Positions 11,979 to 21,275 of a stretch of DNA of 64,000 nucleotides are shown piece after piece. The first letter of the stretch is position 1. Every line of letters starts with the position of its first letter. The stretch is from positions 352,001-416,000 of the forward strand of contig CAWAWS010000007.1 in the NCBI GenBank assembly GCA_963785725.1, in the 5' to 3' direction. Source of the stretch: an uncultured delta proteobacterium. Its GTDB lineage: Bacteria > Myxococcota_A > Polyangia > Palsa-1104. The notes under the pieces were generated by a model. That model ran no database searches. It saw only the letters and a list, made by a program, of their open reading frames with translations, and was not told where the DNA came from. Both the position numbers and the translations under genes were made by a program.

Positions 11979-12017
11979 TGAATGAGCGCTCATTCAAAAT
12001 GAGTGAGGGCTCATTCA
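11979..12017. promoter_or_regulatory. Perfect 18-bp palindrome plus a degenerate copy 21 bp downstream; operator-like
   Basis: TGAATGAGCGCTCATTCA (11979) and TGAGTGAGGGCTCATTCA (12000). Confidence 0.6.
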
Positions 12018-12469
12018 GTGGGCGTTGGCGTGCTTACACAAGATGCAACAGGCGGTCGCGGCAAGGTCCGGCGCGCGGGTGCATCGTCGGCGATGTGCTC
12101 GAGTCGATCGCTTATTCACGCGCGAGCCGTGAGCCGTGCGCAGCGCCCAAATCGAAGCGAGCGCCTGAACCGAAGATTGGTTGAACCACGCGTAGCCAGC
12201 AGCGTTGCTTCCGAGTCGTGCGCGCGAACCGAGGAAGCGAGAGATCGTGGCGCGCGTTACGCGGGTCGCGGTTACGTTGTGCGCGTACACCGAGGCGCGA
12301 GAAATCGCGGCGCGTAGCATGCGCTGGGGCTCGAAGTGGAGTTGTGCGAATAGGTCGAGGAGACCAGAATCGTCGCGGGCGTTGCGCGGGCCGCGGCTGG
12401 AAGTGGAGTTGTGCGCGTGGACCTAGAGCGGGAGAAATCACCGCCGCGTGCGCGCGCGACTGATCGAGA

Positions 12470-12800
12470 GTGAATCGTGCGCGAGAGGCTGAAGAAATCG
12501 CGGCGCGTTGTGCGCGCGCGACGGATCGGGATGGAGTCGTGCGCGAGAGGCTAAGAGAGCGCGGCGCGTTACGTGCGCGACGGATCGGGACGGAGTCGTG
12601 CGCGAGAGGCCGAAGAAATCGCGGCGCGTTACGCGCGCGATCGAGATTGAGTCGTGCGCGAGAGGCTAAGGAATCGAGCCGCGCTCTGCGAGCGACGGAT
12701 CGGGATTGAGTCGTGCGCGAGAGCCTGAAGAAATCGCGCTGCGTCGCGCGTGCGGCGGACGCGCTTGAGTCGTGCGCGCGAGCCGAGGGCTGAAGAATCG
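12470..12800. repeat. Degenerate ~58-60 bp tandem repeat, ~6 copies
   Basis: Recurrent GAGTCGTGCGCGAGAGGCT(G)AAGAAATCGCGGCGCG. Confidence 0.8.
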
Positions 12801-13162
12801 CCGCCACACTGCCCGTGCGACGGTCGATGGCCGAGTCGTGGAGCGCCGAGCGTTCGGGAGTCGCCGCCGCATGGCCCGTGCGGCTGGTCGAGACTGCGTC
12901 GTGTGCGTGAACCAGCGCTCGGCGAATCGCGCCGCCCTCGGATTCGCCCGCCGCGTCGAGCTGCGGCGGAGCCCGACGAATCGGTCTGAATTGCCTCTCA
13001 GAGGCCGCGTCGAATCGGCCCGTGTCCACGTTCGGCGCGGCACGCCGCGCCTCCCGCCAGGTCGCGTGGTCGAGCTACGCGAAGTACCGCGCGACCGCGT
13101 CGAATCGGCGCGTCGAGCTGCGTTCGTTCCGTCCGACGCGGCATTCCGCGCGCGTGGTCGAG

Positions 13163-14728
13163 CTACGCGAAGTACCGCGCCTCGTTGTCGAGCAGCCAGC
13201 GCCCGCATCGCGTCGCCAGCGCCATGATCGTAATCTGCGGATTGACGCCGATCGGCCCCGGAAACACGCTGGCGTCGGCGACAAACAGCCCAGGCACATC
13301 CCAGCTCTCGCCGTGCGGATCGACCACCGACGACCGCCGATCGACGCCCATACGACACGTGCCCATCGCGTGCACCGTCAAACACTCGACCTCGTTCTTG
13401 GGGATCGAATGGTTGAACAACTGGCGAATCTCGTCGGGGGAATCGATCGACGTCAGGAAATCGAACGGCAACAGCACTCGCTTGGCGCCCGACGCGAACA
13501 AGATCTCCGACGTCAACGCCACGCCGCGGATGAGGTTGGCGAAATCGCGATCGTTGACGTCGTAGCGCATGCGCGCCTCGCCGAAGAGGTCGAGATCGAC
13601 GGTGCCGGTGCCGGTGTCCTCGACGAGGCAGCCGGCGGCCAGCATCTTGTCGTAGTCCTGCATGATCTCCCACGAGCGCGCGCCGAAGTAGGGCAGCGAC
13701 ATCGCGATGAGCCCCGGCGGCACCATCGACGTCGTGATCATGATGCCTTCGTCGATGAACTCGCGGATCTGGTTGCCCTGGATGGTCCCCTTCCACGCGT
13801 GAATCGGCTTGTCGTACACGCCGATCACTTTCGAGTTCGGATGACACAAGAAGTTGCGCCCGACCTGCCGCGAAGAATTGGTTAAACCATTGCGCAGCAA
13901 CAACGCCGGCGTCTGCACGGCCCCGCACGCCAGCACGACCACCTTCGCGCGCACCGTCAATTTGGGCCCGCGTTTGCCGCTCTCGGGATGACGAAAGCGA
14001 CCGACGATTCCCGTCGCGCGCGAGCCATCGGTGACGACGCGCTCGACTTTGCAGCCGCTGAACAGCCGCCCGCCCGCCGCGAGCAGACGCGGAACATACG
14101 TGACGAGCACCGACTGCTTGGCGTCGGTCGGGCAGCCGAACGCGCAGTTATTGGAGCCGCAGCAGTGCTTCTGGCTGCGCATCGCCGGCACGTAGTGATA
14201 GCCGAGCTTGTCGGCGCCGCGCTCCATGAGCCGCGCGTCTTCACCGACGGACTCGGGATCTTGCGGGCGCACGCTGACGCGCTCTTCGACCTTCGTGAAA
14301 TAGGGATCGAGCGCCTCGGGCGTCATGTCGCTGAGCCCGTGCTCCCACTGCCAGCGCTTGAGCACCTTTTCCGGCGTTCGCCAGCTCATGGCGCCGTTGA
14401 TCACCGTCGAGCCGCCGACGCAGCGCCCTTCGGAGAAGATGATGTTCGGCTTGCCCATGATCGGCGCCGAGCCGGCGTTGCGATAGAGCTTCTTGATCAT
14501 CGTCGGCGCGTTCAGGCCGAAGTCTTTGGACGTGTAGTGTCCGCCCTCTTCGACGACGACGACGGAGCGGCCGCCCTCGGCGAGCTCGGCGGCGATGGCG
14601 CCGCCACCGGCGCCGCTGCCGACGACGACGACGTCGCAGTCGACGACAAGGTCGCGTCCGGAATTGGTTAAACCATTGCCCCCACCGGCGACGCGGCCGG
14701 CCATGACGTCGTCAAATGTCGCCAGCAT
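13163..14728 (-). CDS. GMC family oxidoreductase
   Basis: VVVGSGAGG, GRCVGGSTVING, LACGAVQTPALL, HAMGTCRMG, GVNPQITIMA. Confidence 0.95.
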   Translation of the reverse strand: MLATFDDVMAGRVAGGGNGLTNSGRDLVVDCDVVVVGSGAGGGAIAAELAEGGRSVVVVEEGGHYTSKDFGLNAPTMIKKLYRNAGSAPIMGKPNIIFSEGRCVGGSTVINGAMSWRTPEKVLKRWQWEHGLSDMTPEALDPYFTKVEERVSVRPQDPESVGEDARLMERGADKLGYHYVPAMRSQKHCCGSNNCAFGCPTDAKQSVLVTYVPRLLAAGGRLFSGCKVERVVTDGSRATGIVGRFRHPESGKRGPKLTVRAKVVVLACGAVQTPALLLRNGLTNSSRQVGRNFLCHPNSKVIGVYDKPIHAWKGTIQGNQIREFIDEGIMITTSMVPPGLIAMSLPYFGARSWEIMQDYDKMLAAGCLVEDTGTGTVDLDLFGEARMRYDVNDRDFANLIRGVALTSEILFASGAKRVLLPFDFLTSIDSPDEIRQLFNHSIPKNEVECLTVHAMGTCRMGVDRRSSVVDPHGESWDVPGLFVADASVFPGPIGVNPQITIMALATRCGRWLLDNEARYFA

Positions 14729-15776
14729 GACGGCGCAACCTTTCTGCGCTCACCAGCGCCACGTGCTCGTCGACGGTGTAGCCGAGCAGGGCGCCGACGC
14801 GCGGGTCGGAGTAGTAGGCGAGCAGGCACAGGCCTTTGACCGCCTTGATGAGATCGCGACGCAGGCCCCAGCGCGCGTGCACCCAGCTGTCGACGTAGCG
14901 GCCGCGGCGCGCCAGCGACATCGACGAGAACGGCACCAGCGACGGGCCGAGCAGGAAGGCGCCCAGCTCCAGCATCATGAGCCCGATGGGAAAGAGCAGC
15001 TTCAAGAGCCGCGGCATATGCGGCACATAGTCGTCGATGAAGCGCACGTAGTCGTCGAGCGGCAGCGCCGGCGCGCTGGGCCCGATTGGTTGAACCACTT
15101 CCGCGAGGGCGCGCACGACGCGGCGTGACCACGGCCCGAGCGTGCGCGGCGCCGGCCCGCCGCCGTCGGTGTTGGCGCCGGCCGAGCCGTTCGCCGCGCG
15201 GCCCGGTGTCGACGCGCTGCCTTGGCGGTTCGCGTTCGCGGCGGCAACAGGCGCGCCGTTTGCCGCGCGGGTTGGCGTCGGCGCGCCACCGTTCGCGTTC
15301 GCGCTTGCGTTCGCGCTCGCCGTGGCCGACGCACTGTTCGCCGCTCGGTCGGCCGCAGCTGCGCTGCTTCCGTCTGCGACGTCGCGGCGCGGTGTCGGCG
15401 AGCCTCCACCGATGTCGGGCGCGGTCGCATTCGCGGGCGAGCTGTTGCGGTGGGCCGTCGTCGCCGACTGCGTCCCCGCTTCCGTCAGCGACGACGACGA
15501 CGCTGCTGTCCGCGACGACGCCGCCGCTTCCGTCAGCGACGACGCCGCTGCTGTCAGTGACGACGACGCCGCTGCTGTCAGCGACGACGACGCCGCTTCC
15601 GTCAGCGACGACGACGCCGCTCGCCCGACCATCGACGCGCCGGCCGCCTGCCCGACGTCCATCGCCGTCGACTTCGCCGTCGTCGCGTCGTCGCGCGTCG
15701 TCGCCGCGCCCAGCGCCGAATTGTCGAGCCCACGCGCCGCGGTCGTCGGCGGCGTCGGCTCCGGCGGTCGACTCAA
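14712..15776 (-). CDS. GMC partner protein (gluconate 2-DH subunit-3-like C-terminal ~140 aa) with long Ala/Ser/Thr low-complexity N-terminus; true start uncertain
   Basis: C-terminal PFSSMSLARR...KGLCLLAYYSDPRV..LGY is typical of partners encoded before GMC enzymes; lies between the GntR and GMC genes. Confidence 0.6.
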   Translation of the reverse strand: MSRPPEPTPPTTAARGLDNSALGAATTRDDATTAKSTAMDVGQAAGASMVGRAASSSLTEAASSSLTAAASSSLTAAASSLTEAAASSRTAASSSSLTEAGTQSATTAHRNSSPANATAPDIGGGSPTPRRDVADGSSAAAADRAANSASATASANASANANGGAPTPTRAANGAPVAAANANRQGSASTPGRAANGSAGANTDGGGPAPRTLGPWSRRVVRALAEVVQPIGPSAPALPLDDYVRFIDDYVPHMPRLLKLLFPIGLMMLELGAFLLGPSLVPFSSMSLARRGRYVDSWVHARWGLRRDLIKAVKGLCLLAYYSDPRVGALLGYTVDEHVALVSAERLRRHAGDI

Positions 15777-16570
15777 CGCTTCCTCTTGGTGCCGCGCGTC
15801 CGCCCGCGCCCGCTCGCCGCCGCAGTCTCGTCATCGAGCCGCTCCGGCGCCAGCTGCCCCAAGACGAGCCCGCTGCGCGATTCGAGCACGTCGGCCATCT
15901 TGCGCCGCGCCTCCTTTTCGTCGCCGGTGCTCATGCGCGTCACGACGTCGTCGAGCGCGTCGAGGTAAGCGCCGTCGATCTTCCACAGCTGCGGATAGCG
16001 CTCGCCGAGATAGGCAAAAATGCGCGCGAACGTATTGAAGACCCAGACCAAGACCGTCGTCTTCGACGCCAGCACGAGGTGGCGATAGAAGTTGATGTCG
16101 GCCAGCACCGCTTCGATCGTGCCGCTCTCGACGACGCGCAGCTCGTCGAGCGCACGGCGCAGCGCGCGCAGCTCGGTCTCGGCGTGCCCACCCGTCGCTG
16201 AATGGACGGCCTGATCGATGAGCTGATCGCGCAGCCGAAACAGCGTGTAGACGGCGTCGAAGCGCTCGTCGATCGGCGTCTCCTCGGCGAGGAAATGCGG
16301 CAGCAAGTTGATCTCGCCCACCGCGCGCCAATCGAGCACCAGTGTGCCGTCGCCTTGCCGCGCGCGCACCAGCTTCTCCGACTCCAGCGTGCGCAGCGCC
16401 TCGCGCAGCGTGTTGCGGTTGGTGCCGAGCTTCAGCGCCAGCTCGCGCTCGGGCGGCAGCCGCGCGCCCGGCTGATAACGGCCGAGCAAGATCTCGCGCC
16501 GCAGCTTCTCGACGACCGTCTCACCACGCGCCCGCCGCGCCGACGGGGGAAATTGGATTGGTTTAACCAT
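15773..16570 (-). CDS. GntR-family, FadR-type transcriptional regulator
   Basis: wHTH: ILLGRYQPGARLPPERELALKLGTNRNTLREALRTL...RQGDGT; the following DWRAVGEINLL resembles the FadR linker. Confidence 0.92.
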   Translation of the reverse strand: MVKPIQFPPSARRARGETVVEKLRREILLGRYQPGARLPPERELALKLGTNRNTLREALRTLESEKLVRARQGDGTLVLDWRAVGEINLLPHFLAEETPIDERFDAVYTLFRLRDQLIDQAVHSATGGHAETELRALRRALDELRVVESGTIEAVLADINFYRHLVLASKTTVLVWVFNTFARIFAYLGERYPQLWKIDGAYLDALDDVVTRMSTGDEKEARRKMADVLESRSGLVLGQLAPERLDDETAAASGRGRTRGTKRKR

Positions 16571-16634
16571 TTGTAGAATTGGTTAAACCAATCGCGGGCA
16601 GTCGTCAATCGCAGTTTCGCTCTATCCTGCTTCC

Positions 16635-17696
16635 GTGACCGCACTCTTCCGCGCCTTTCCGCAGCTGACCGCGCGTATTCCCTGGCTGTCGCTGGGCCGT
16701 TTTCCTACGCGGGTTCAGCGCCTCGAGGGGCTCGTGCCGCCGTCGGTCGAGCTGTGGGTCAAGCGCGACGACGAGAGCGGCGTCGTCTACGGCGGCAACA
16801 AAGTGCGCAAGCTCGAGTTCCTGCTCGCCGAGGCGCGCGCACGCGGCGCACGACGACTGGTCACGCTCGGCGCCATCGGCTCGCACCACGTGCTGGCGAC
16901 GGCCATCTACGGCCGGCAGGCCGGCTTTGCCGTCGACGCCGTCGTGTTTCCGCAGCCGCTGACGCCGCACGTGCGCGAGCAGCTGCTGGCCGACGTCGGC
17001 GCCGGCGCGACGATGGTCGCCACGCGCGGATACGCCGGCGTGCCCTGGGCATTGTGGCGACGGCGGCGCGCGCCGGACGCCGCTTGGATCGCGTCCGGCG
17101 GCTCGTCGCCCACAGGCACGCTCGGTTATGTGTCGGCCGGCCTCGAGCTGCTCGAGCAGATCGGGCGCGACGAGCTGCCGGCGCCGGATGTCGTCTATGT
17201 CGCGCTCGGCTCGTGCGGGACGGCGGCCGGACTGCTGCTTGGGCTCGCCGGCGCGCCGTCGTTGCCGCCGTCGAAGGCGCAGCTGACGGCAGTGCGTGTC
17301 GTCGATCGCATCGTCGCCAACGCGCGGGTGACGCGCGGGCTGGCGCGGCGGACGGCGCGGCTGTTGTCGGAGCGCGGTGTCGATTGGTTTAACCATTGCT
17401 CGTTACCGTCGCTGCGAGTCGAGCATGGGCAGTTCGGCGGCGGCTACGGGCGCGCCACGAACGCGTCGGAAGCGGCGGTGGCGCGCGCGGCCGCCGTCGG
17501 GCTCGCCCTCGAGCCGACCTACACCGGCAAGGCCATGGCGGCACTGCTCGCCGACGCCGATGCCGGCCGCCTCGACGGCAAGCGCGTCCTGTTCCTACAT
17601 ACGTTCAGCTCGGCCGACCTGTCGCCGCTGATCCTCGCGGCCACGCCTGAGCAGCTACCGCCGTGGCTACGTCGCCATTTCGCCGATGGCAAGTGA
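16635..17696 (+). CDS. D-cysteine desulfhydrase / ACC deaminase family PLP enzyme
   Basis: LWVKRDD...GGNKVRKLEFL, ALGSCGTAAG, LEPTYTGKA. Confidence 0.9.
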   Translation: MTALFRAFPQLTARIPWLSLGRFPTRVQRLEGLVPPSVELWVKRDDESGVVYGGNKVRKLEFLLAEARARGARRLVTLGAIGSHHVLATAIYGRQAGFAVDAVVFPQPLTPHVREQLLADVGAGATMVATRGYAGVPWALWRRRRAPDAAWIASGGSSPTGTLGYVSAGLELLEQIGRDELPAPDVVYVALGSCGTAAGLLLGLAGAPSLPPSKAQLTAVRVVDRIVANARVTRGLARRTARLLSERGVDWFNHCSLPSLRVEHGQFGGGYGRATNASEAAVARAAAVGLALEPTYTGKAMAALLADADAGRLDGKRVLFLHTFSSADLSPLILAATPEQLPPWLRRHFADGK

Positions 17697-17880
17697 CGCG
17701 AGCGCCGATCGACTATCGCCGAGCCCCATTTCGCCGACGGCAAGTGACGCGAGCACCGACCGACTATCGCCCAGCCCCATTTGCCGCTGGTGACGGCGCG
17801 AGCACTGATCGGCTATCGCCCAGCCTCGTTTGCCGCTGGTGACGGCGCGAGCACTGATCGGCTATCGCCGAGCCCCATTT
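17675..17880. repeat. ~50-bp tandem repeat (x4) seeded from the 3' end of the upstream gene
   Basis: CCATTTCGCCGAYGGCAAGTGACGCGAGC..CTATCGCC at 17675, 17726, then degenerating at 17777 and ~17826. Confidence 0.85.
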
Positions 17881-18042
17881 CGTCGCTAGCCTGGAGATTG
17901 GTTAAACCAATCGGCGCGCCATTCCTGCTGTGGGGTGCGACACGTCAGCGGCACTCTGGCGAGATCCAGCAAGCCGAGATCTGCGCCGTACGGACGGTTC
18001 GGCGCCCGGCCCAGCTGAGCTCCAGCGCAATCCAGCCGAATT

Positions 18043-18726
18043 TCAGTCCTGAATGAGAGGGAGGAGATCGGGGAATCGGTCGAGCAACCAGTCGGGCGCG
18101 TGGGGCTTCAGGCCGTCGCCGCCGAGGACGCCGTAAGTGACTCCGCACGTGCGCATCCCGGCCGCGCGTCCGGCGAGGACGTCGCGCTCGGTGTCGCCGA
18201 CCATGAGCCCGCGGCTCGGCTCGCAGCCCAACCGCGCTGCGCACGCGAGCAGCAGATCGGGCGCCGGCTTGTGCGGCATCGGCGCTTCCGTCCCCAAGAT
18301 CAGATCGAAGTGCGCCGCTAGCCCGAGGCCACCGAGGACTTTCTCGGCCGTGGCCGTCCGCTTCGTGGTCGCGATCGCCGTGCGCATTCCACGTGCCCGC
18401 AATGGTTCAACCATCGCCAACGTCTCCGGCACGCCGGGAAATGGCCGCGTTCGATCGAGCAGATGCGCCATGTAAAACTCGCGATAAGCCGCGACGAAGC
18501 GGCGATAGCCTTCGGCGCCGGCCCACGCGTGCGGCGCCGGCCGCGCCAGCTCGAAGAACTCCTCGAGCGGCAAGCCGAGCCCGGCGCAGCCGAGCGCGTG
18601 CTCGTCGAGCCGGGCGTCCGCCGGCGGCACGGTCGCCAACGCGTGCACCAACGCTGCGCGAATATCGGCCGTGGAATCGACCAGCGTCCCGTCGAGATCG
18701 AAGCAAATGAGAGCGAACTTCGGCAA
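18043..18726 (-). CDS. HAD hydrolase, phosphoglycolate-phosphatase-like
   Basis: FDLDGTLVDS, HKPAPD, MVGDTERDV. Confidence 0.92.
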   Translation of the reverse strand: MPKFALICFDLDGTLVDSTADIRAALVHALATVPPADARLDEHALGCAGLGLPLEEFFELARPAPHAWAGAEGYRRFVAAYREFYMAHLLDRTRPFPGVPETLAMVEPLRARGMRTAIATTKRTATAEKVLGGLGLAAHFDLILGTEAPMPHKPAPDLLLACAARLGCEPSRGLMVGDTERDVLAGRAAGMRTCGVTYGVLGGDGLKPHAPDWLLDRFPDLLPLIQD

Positions 18727-18945
18727 TGGTTAAACCAATCGCAGCAGAGGGTTGAATCGATCGACACCACGGATCTCTTGACCGGCGCAAGGGTTAAGCC
18801 GATCCGCGCAGCGGATCAAGCAGTCGGCGCAATGGTTAAACCAATCGGCGCAGCGGATCAAGCCGGAGCGGATGGTTAGCCAATCGGCGCAATGGTCGAC
18901 CGAGCGGCACACCGTTGGAGCGATCCGCCCGTGGTCGACCACCGG

Positions 18946-19070
18946 GCGCAATGGTTAAACCAGTTGGCGCAATGGTTAAACCAGTCGGCGCAATGGTTAA
19001 ACCAGTTGGCGCAATGGTCAAACCAGTGGGCGCAATGGTCGAACCAGTGGGCGCAATGGTTTAACCAATC
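18946..19070. repeat. Array of six palindromic sites with an exact 21-bp period
   Basis: Unit GCGCAATGGTTAAACCAGTTG; cores at 18952, 18973, 18994, 19015, 19036, 19057; degenerate copies extend back to ~18727. Confidence 0.95.
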
Positions 19071-19848
19071 AGTCGACGCAGACGAGAACGACGGTGACGT
19101 TGTCCTTGCCGCCGCGATCGTTGGCCAGCTGCACGAGCCGCTCGGGGGCCATCTCGATCGGACCCGCTTGCAGCAGCTCCTCTAGCTCCGTGCCTTGCAG
19201 ATAGCCGTGTAGACCGTCGGAGCAGAGGATGTAGGCGTCGCCGGCCTGTACCTCGATCTCGCGCGTGTCGACCTCGACGTAGTCTTTGTGTCCGACGGCG
19301 CGCGTGATGACGTTCTTGCCCTTCATCGTCCGCGCTTCCTCGGCGTTGATGAGACCTTGCTTCAGCTTATAGTTCACTAGCGTATGATCTTCGGTGAGCT
19401 GCGTGGCGACGCCGCGACGGACGCGATAGACGCGCGAATCTCCGACCTGCGCGACGAAGCCGTTGGAGCCGGCGATGAGCAGCGCCGAGATGGTCGTCGA
19501 CATGCCCTTCTGCGACGGGTCGAGCTCGGCCAAGCCGAAGATCATGTAGCAGGCGCTCTGGACGGCGCTTTCGAGCAGGCGGCGGACGACCTCGCGCAGC
19601 TCGTCGCGGCCCGGCTCCTGTAGGAATCCGTTGATTCCGGCTCGGCCTTGGCGCACGAAGCCGTCGATCTGATCGACCGCTTCCTGGCTGGCGACTTCGC
19701 CTTTGGCGTGGCCGCCGACGCCATCCGCGACGACGTAGAGGCCGAGCGCGTCGTTGCGGCAGAACGCGTCTTCGTTGTGCGGCCGGCGGCGACCGCGGTC
19801 GGTGAGCCCAAAGGAACGTACTCGCGTAGGCGAGGGCACCTTTGGCAT
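19069..19848 (-). CDS. PP2C-type Ser/Thr phosphatase
   Basis: GRRRPHNED, VVADGVGGH, GDSRVY, LCSDGL, GGKDNVT. Confidence 0.95.
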   Translation of the reverse strand: MPKVPSPTRVRSFGLTDRGRRRPHNEDAFCRNDALGLYVVADGVGGHAKGEVASQEAVDQIDGFVRQGRAGINGFLQEPGRDELREVVRRLLESAVQSACYMIFGLAELDPSQKGMSTTISALLIAGSNGFVAQVGDSRVYRVRRGVATQLTEDHTLVNYKLKQGLINAEEARTMKGKNVITRAVGHKDYVEVDTREIEVQAGDAYILCSDGLHGYLQGTELEELLQAGPIEMAPERLVQLANDRGGKDNVTVVLVCVD

Positions 19849-21039
19849 CGTACAGGGCCGGTGGAGCGTCGGCAAGATCGGCGGATGGTCCGCGCGCGGG
19901 CAGGCACATTGTCCGACGCGCGAGCACATGGGCGCGCGTCGGCGATGGTCTGTGCACGGCGGAGGAAGCGCGCAGCGAAGTCGCGCGTTGGCTGCGCTGC
20001 GCGGTTTCGTCGGTAGCGAGGTGGTCGAACGGCTTCGTCGGTGGCAAGGCCTGGGAGGTTTCGTCTGGCGAGGCGGCCGACAGTTTTGTCTATCGCGAAG
20101 GACGCGGAACGGCTTCGTTAGTGACTAAAGCCGTCGGCGGCTCACCGGCGGCGATGGCTGCAGCCGGCCTCGTCGGTGTCGATGGCCACGGCTGTAAGGA
20201 TTGACAAGGCGATGCTGCAGCCGGCTTCGTCGGTGTCGAGGCGCGGCTACAGGATTGACGGTAGCTCGCTTCGCCTCTCCCACTCTACGGCAGGCCGTCG
20301 ACGACTGCCGCCGATCCGTCGCTGTCTTGAACGCCCACGTTCGTAGTGCGCTCCCCAATCGCGTTCGCGTGTCCGCTATGCGTGTCGACAAAAAGCCATG
20401 GCGCTGGATATTCCGGCGGCGTCATCGACCAGCCAGCGTGTCAAAGAGCCACCAGCATGCGAACATTCGGCCACGTTTATCGACGGGGCTGGCGTTTCGA
20501 AGCGCGCTACTGCGCGAACATTCGGGCAGCCGTTGTAGACGAGCGCGAGTCGAGAAACGCAGCGGTACGCGCTTAGCTCGAGTAGCCTTCGTCGACAAGC
20601 GAGTCTGTCGAAGAATGCACCCATTCTGCTCGCGGTTTTGACGAGTGAGCGTGTCGAAAGCGCGCTGACTCGCGAGCATTCGGGCGGGCGTTGTCGACGA
20701 GCGGGCGTTCGAAAGCTCGGTGGCGCGCACACTTGCGAGCGGCGTTCGTCGATGTCCGCGCCGGTCGAGAAACTGCGCGGTCGCCATCGTCTGCCGCAAT
20801 CGTCATCGAACCAGGTGAATCCCAATAGCGCTGGCAGTCTGCCGCGCTTTTCCAGCGGTCGAGCGCCTCCCGATACTGGAAGGCGCGCGGCGATTGTAAC
20901 CGCGGCCGATCGATCGTCGATGATGACGACGATTGTCCGACATCGCCCACCCGATTTCGCGCGTCACCAATCGTGAATCCCGCCGCGCGCTGCGACCCTT
21001 GCGCGCGGACGAACGTCACAGTGGTTTGACCTTTCTCGC

Positions 21040-21067
21040 TTGACTTCATATTGGCCGGCCGTAGAGT
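21040..21067 (+). promoter_or_regulatory. Putative sigma70 promoter of the HicB-like gene
   Basis: TTGACT-16 bp-TAGAGT, about 210 bp upstream of the ATG. Confidence 0.5.
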
Positions 21068-21275
21068 TGAAGGTGACTCATCGAGCGCCGCCGCGATTTC
21101 ACCAGTAAGGGCCGCGCGCGCGGATTTACGAGCGCGAAATAAAGGGTACACCCCTCCACCTCTAGTCGCAGCCCTCGCCTCGGCGACGGCAATAACGACG
21201 AACGGCAATGTCGCGAAGGCATATTTGGCCTCGCAGACGAAATCGGAAAACGGATTCAATAGGAGATTGATCGGA

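Noticed and set aside
12112..13227. Long ORFs across the 12-13 kb repeat tract
   Set aside because: Arg/Ala-rich products of GC-rich tandem repeats with no recognisable domain or start signals
18946..19070. 21-bp arrays (here and at 34185-34290) as CRISPR arrays
   Set aside because: The intervening 10 bp are near-identical rather than unique 25-45 bp spacers, and no cas genes are present
19930..21260. ORFs in the gap between the PP2C and HicB-like genes (and 22160-23150)
   Set aside because: Atypical codon usage, degenerate repeats and no recognisable protein motifs
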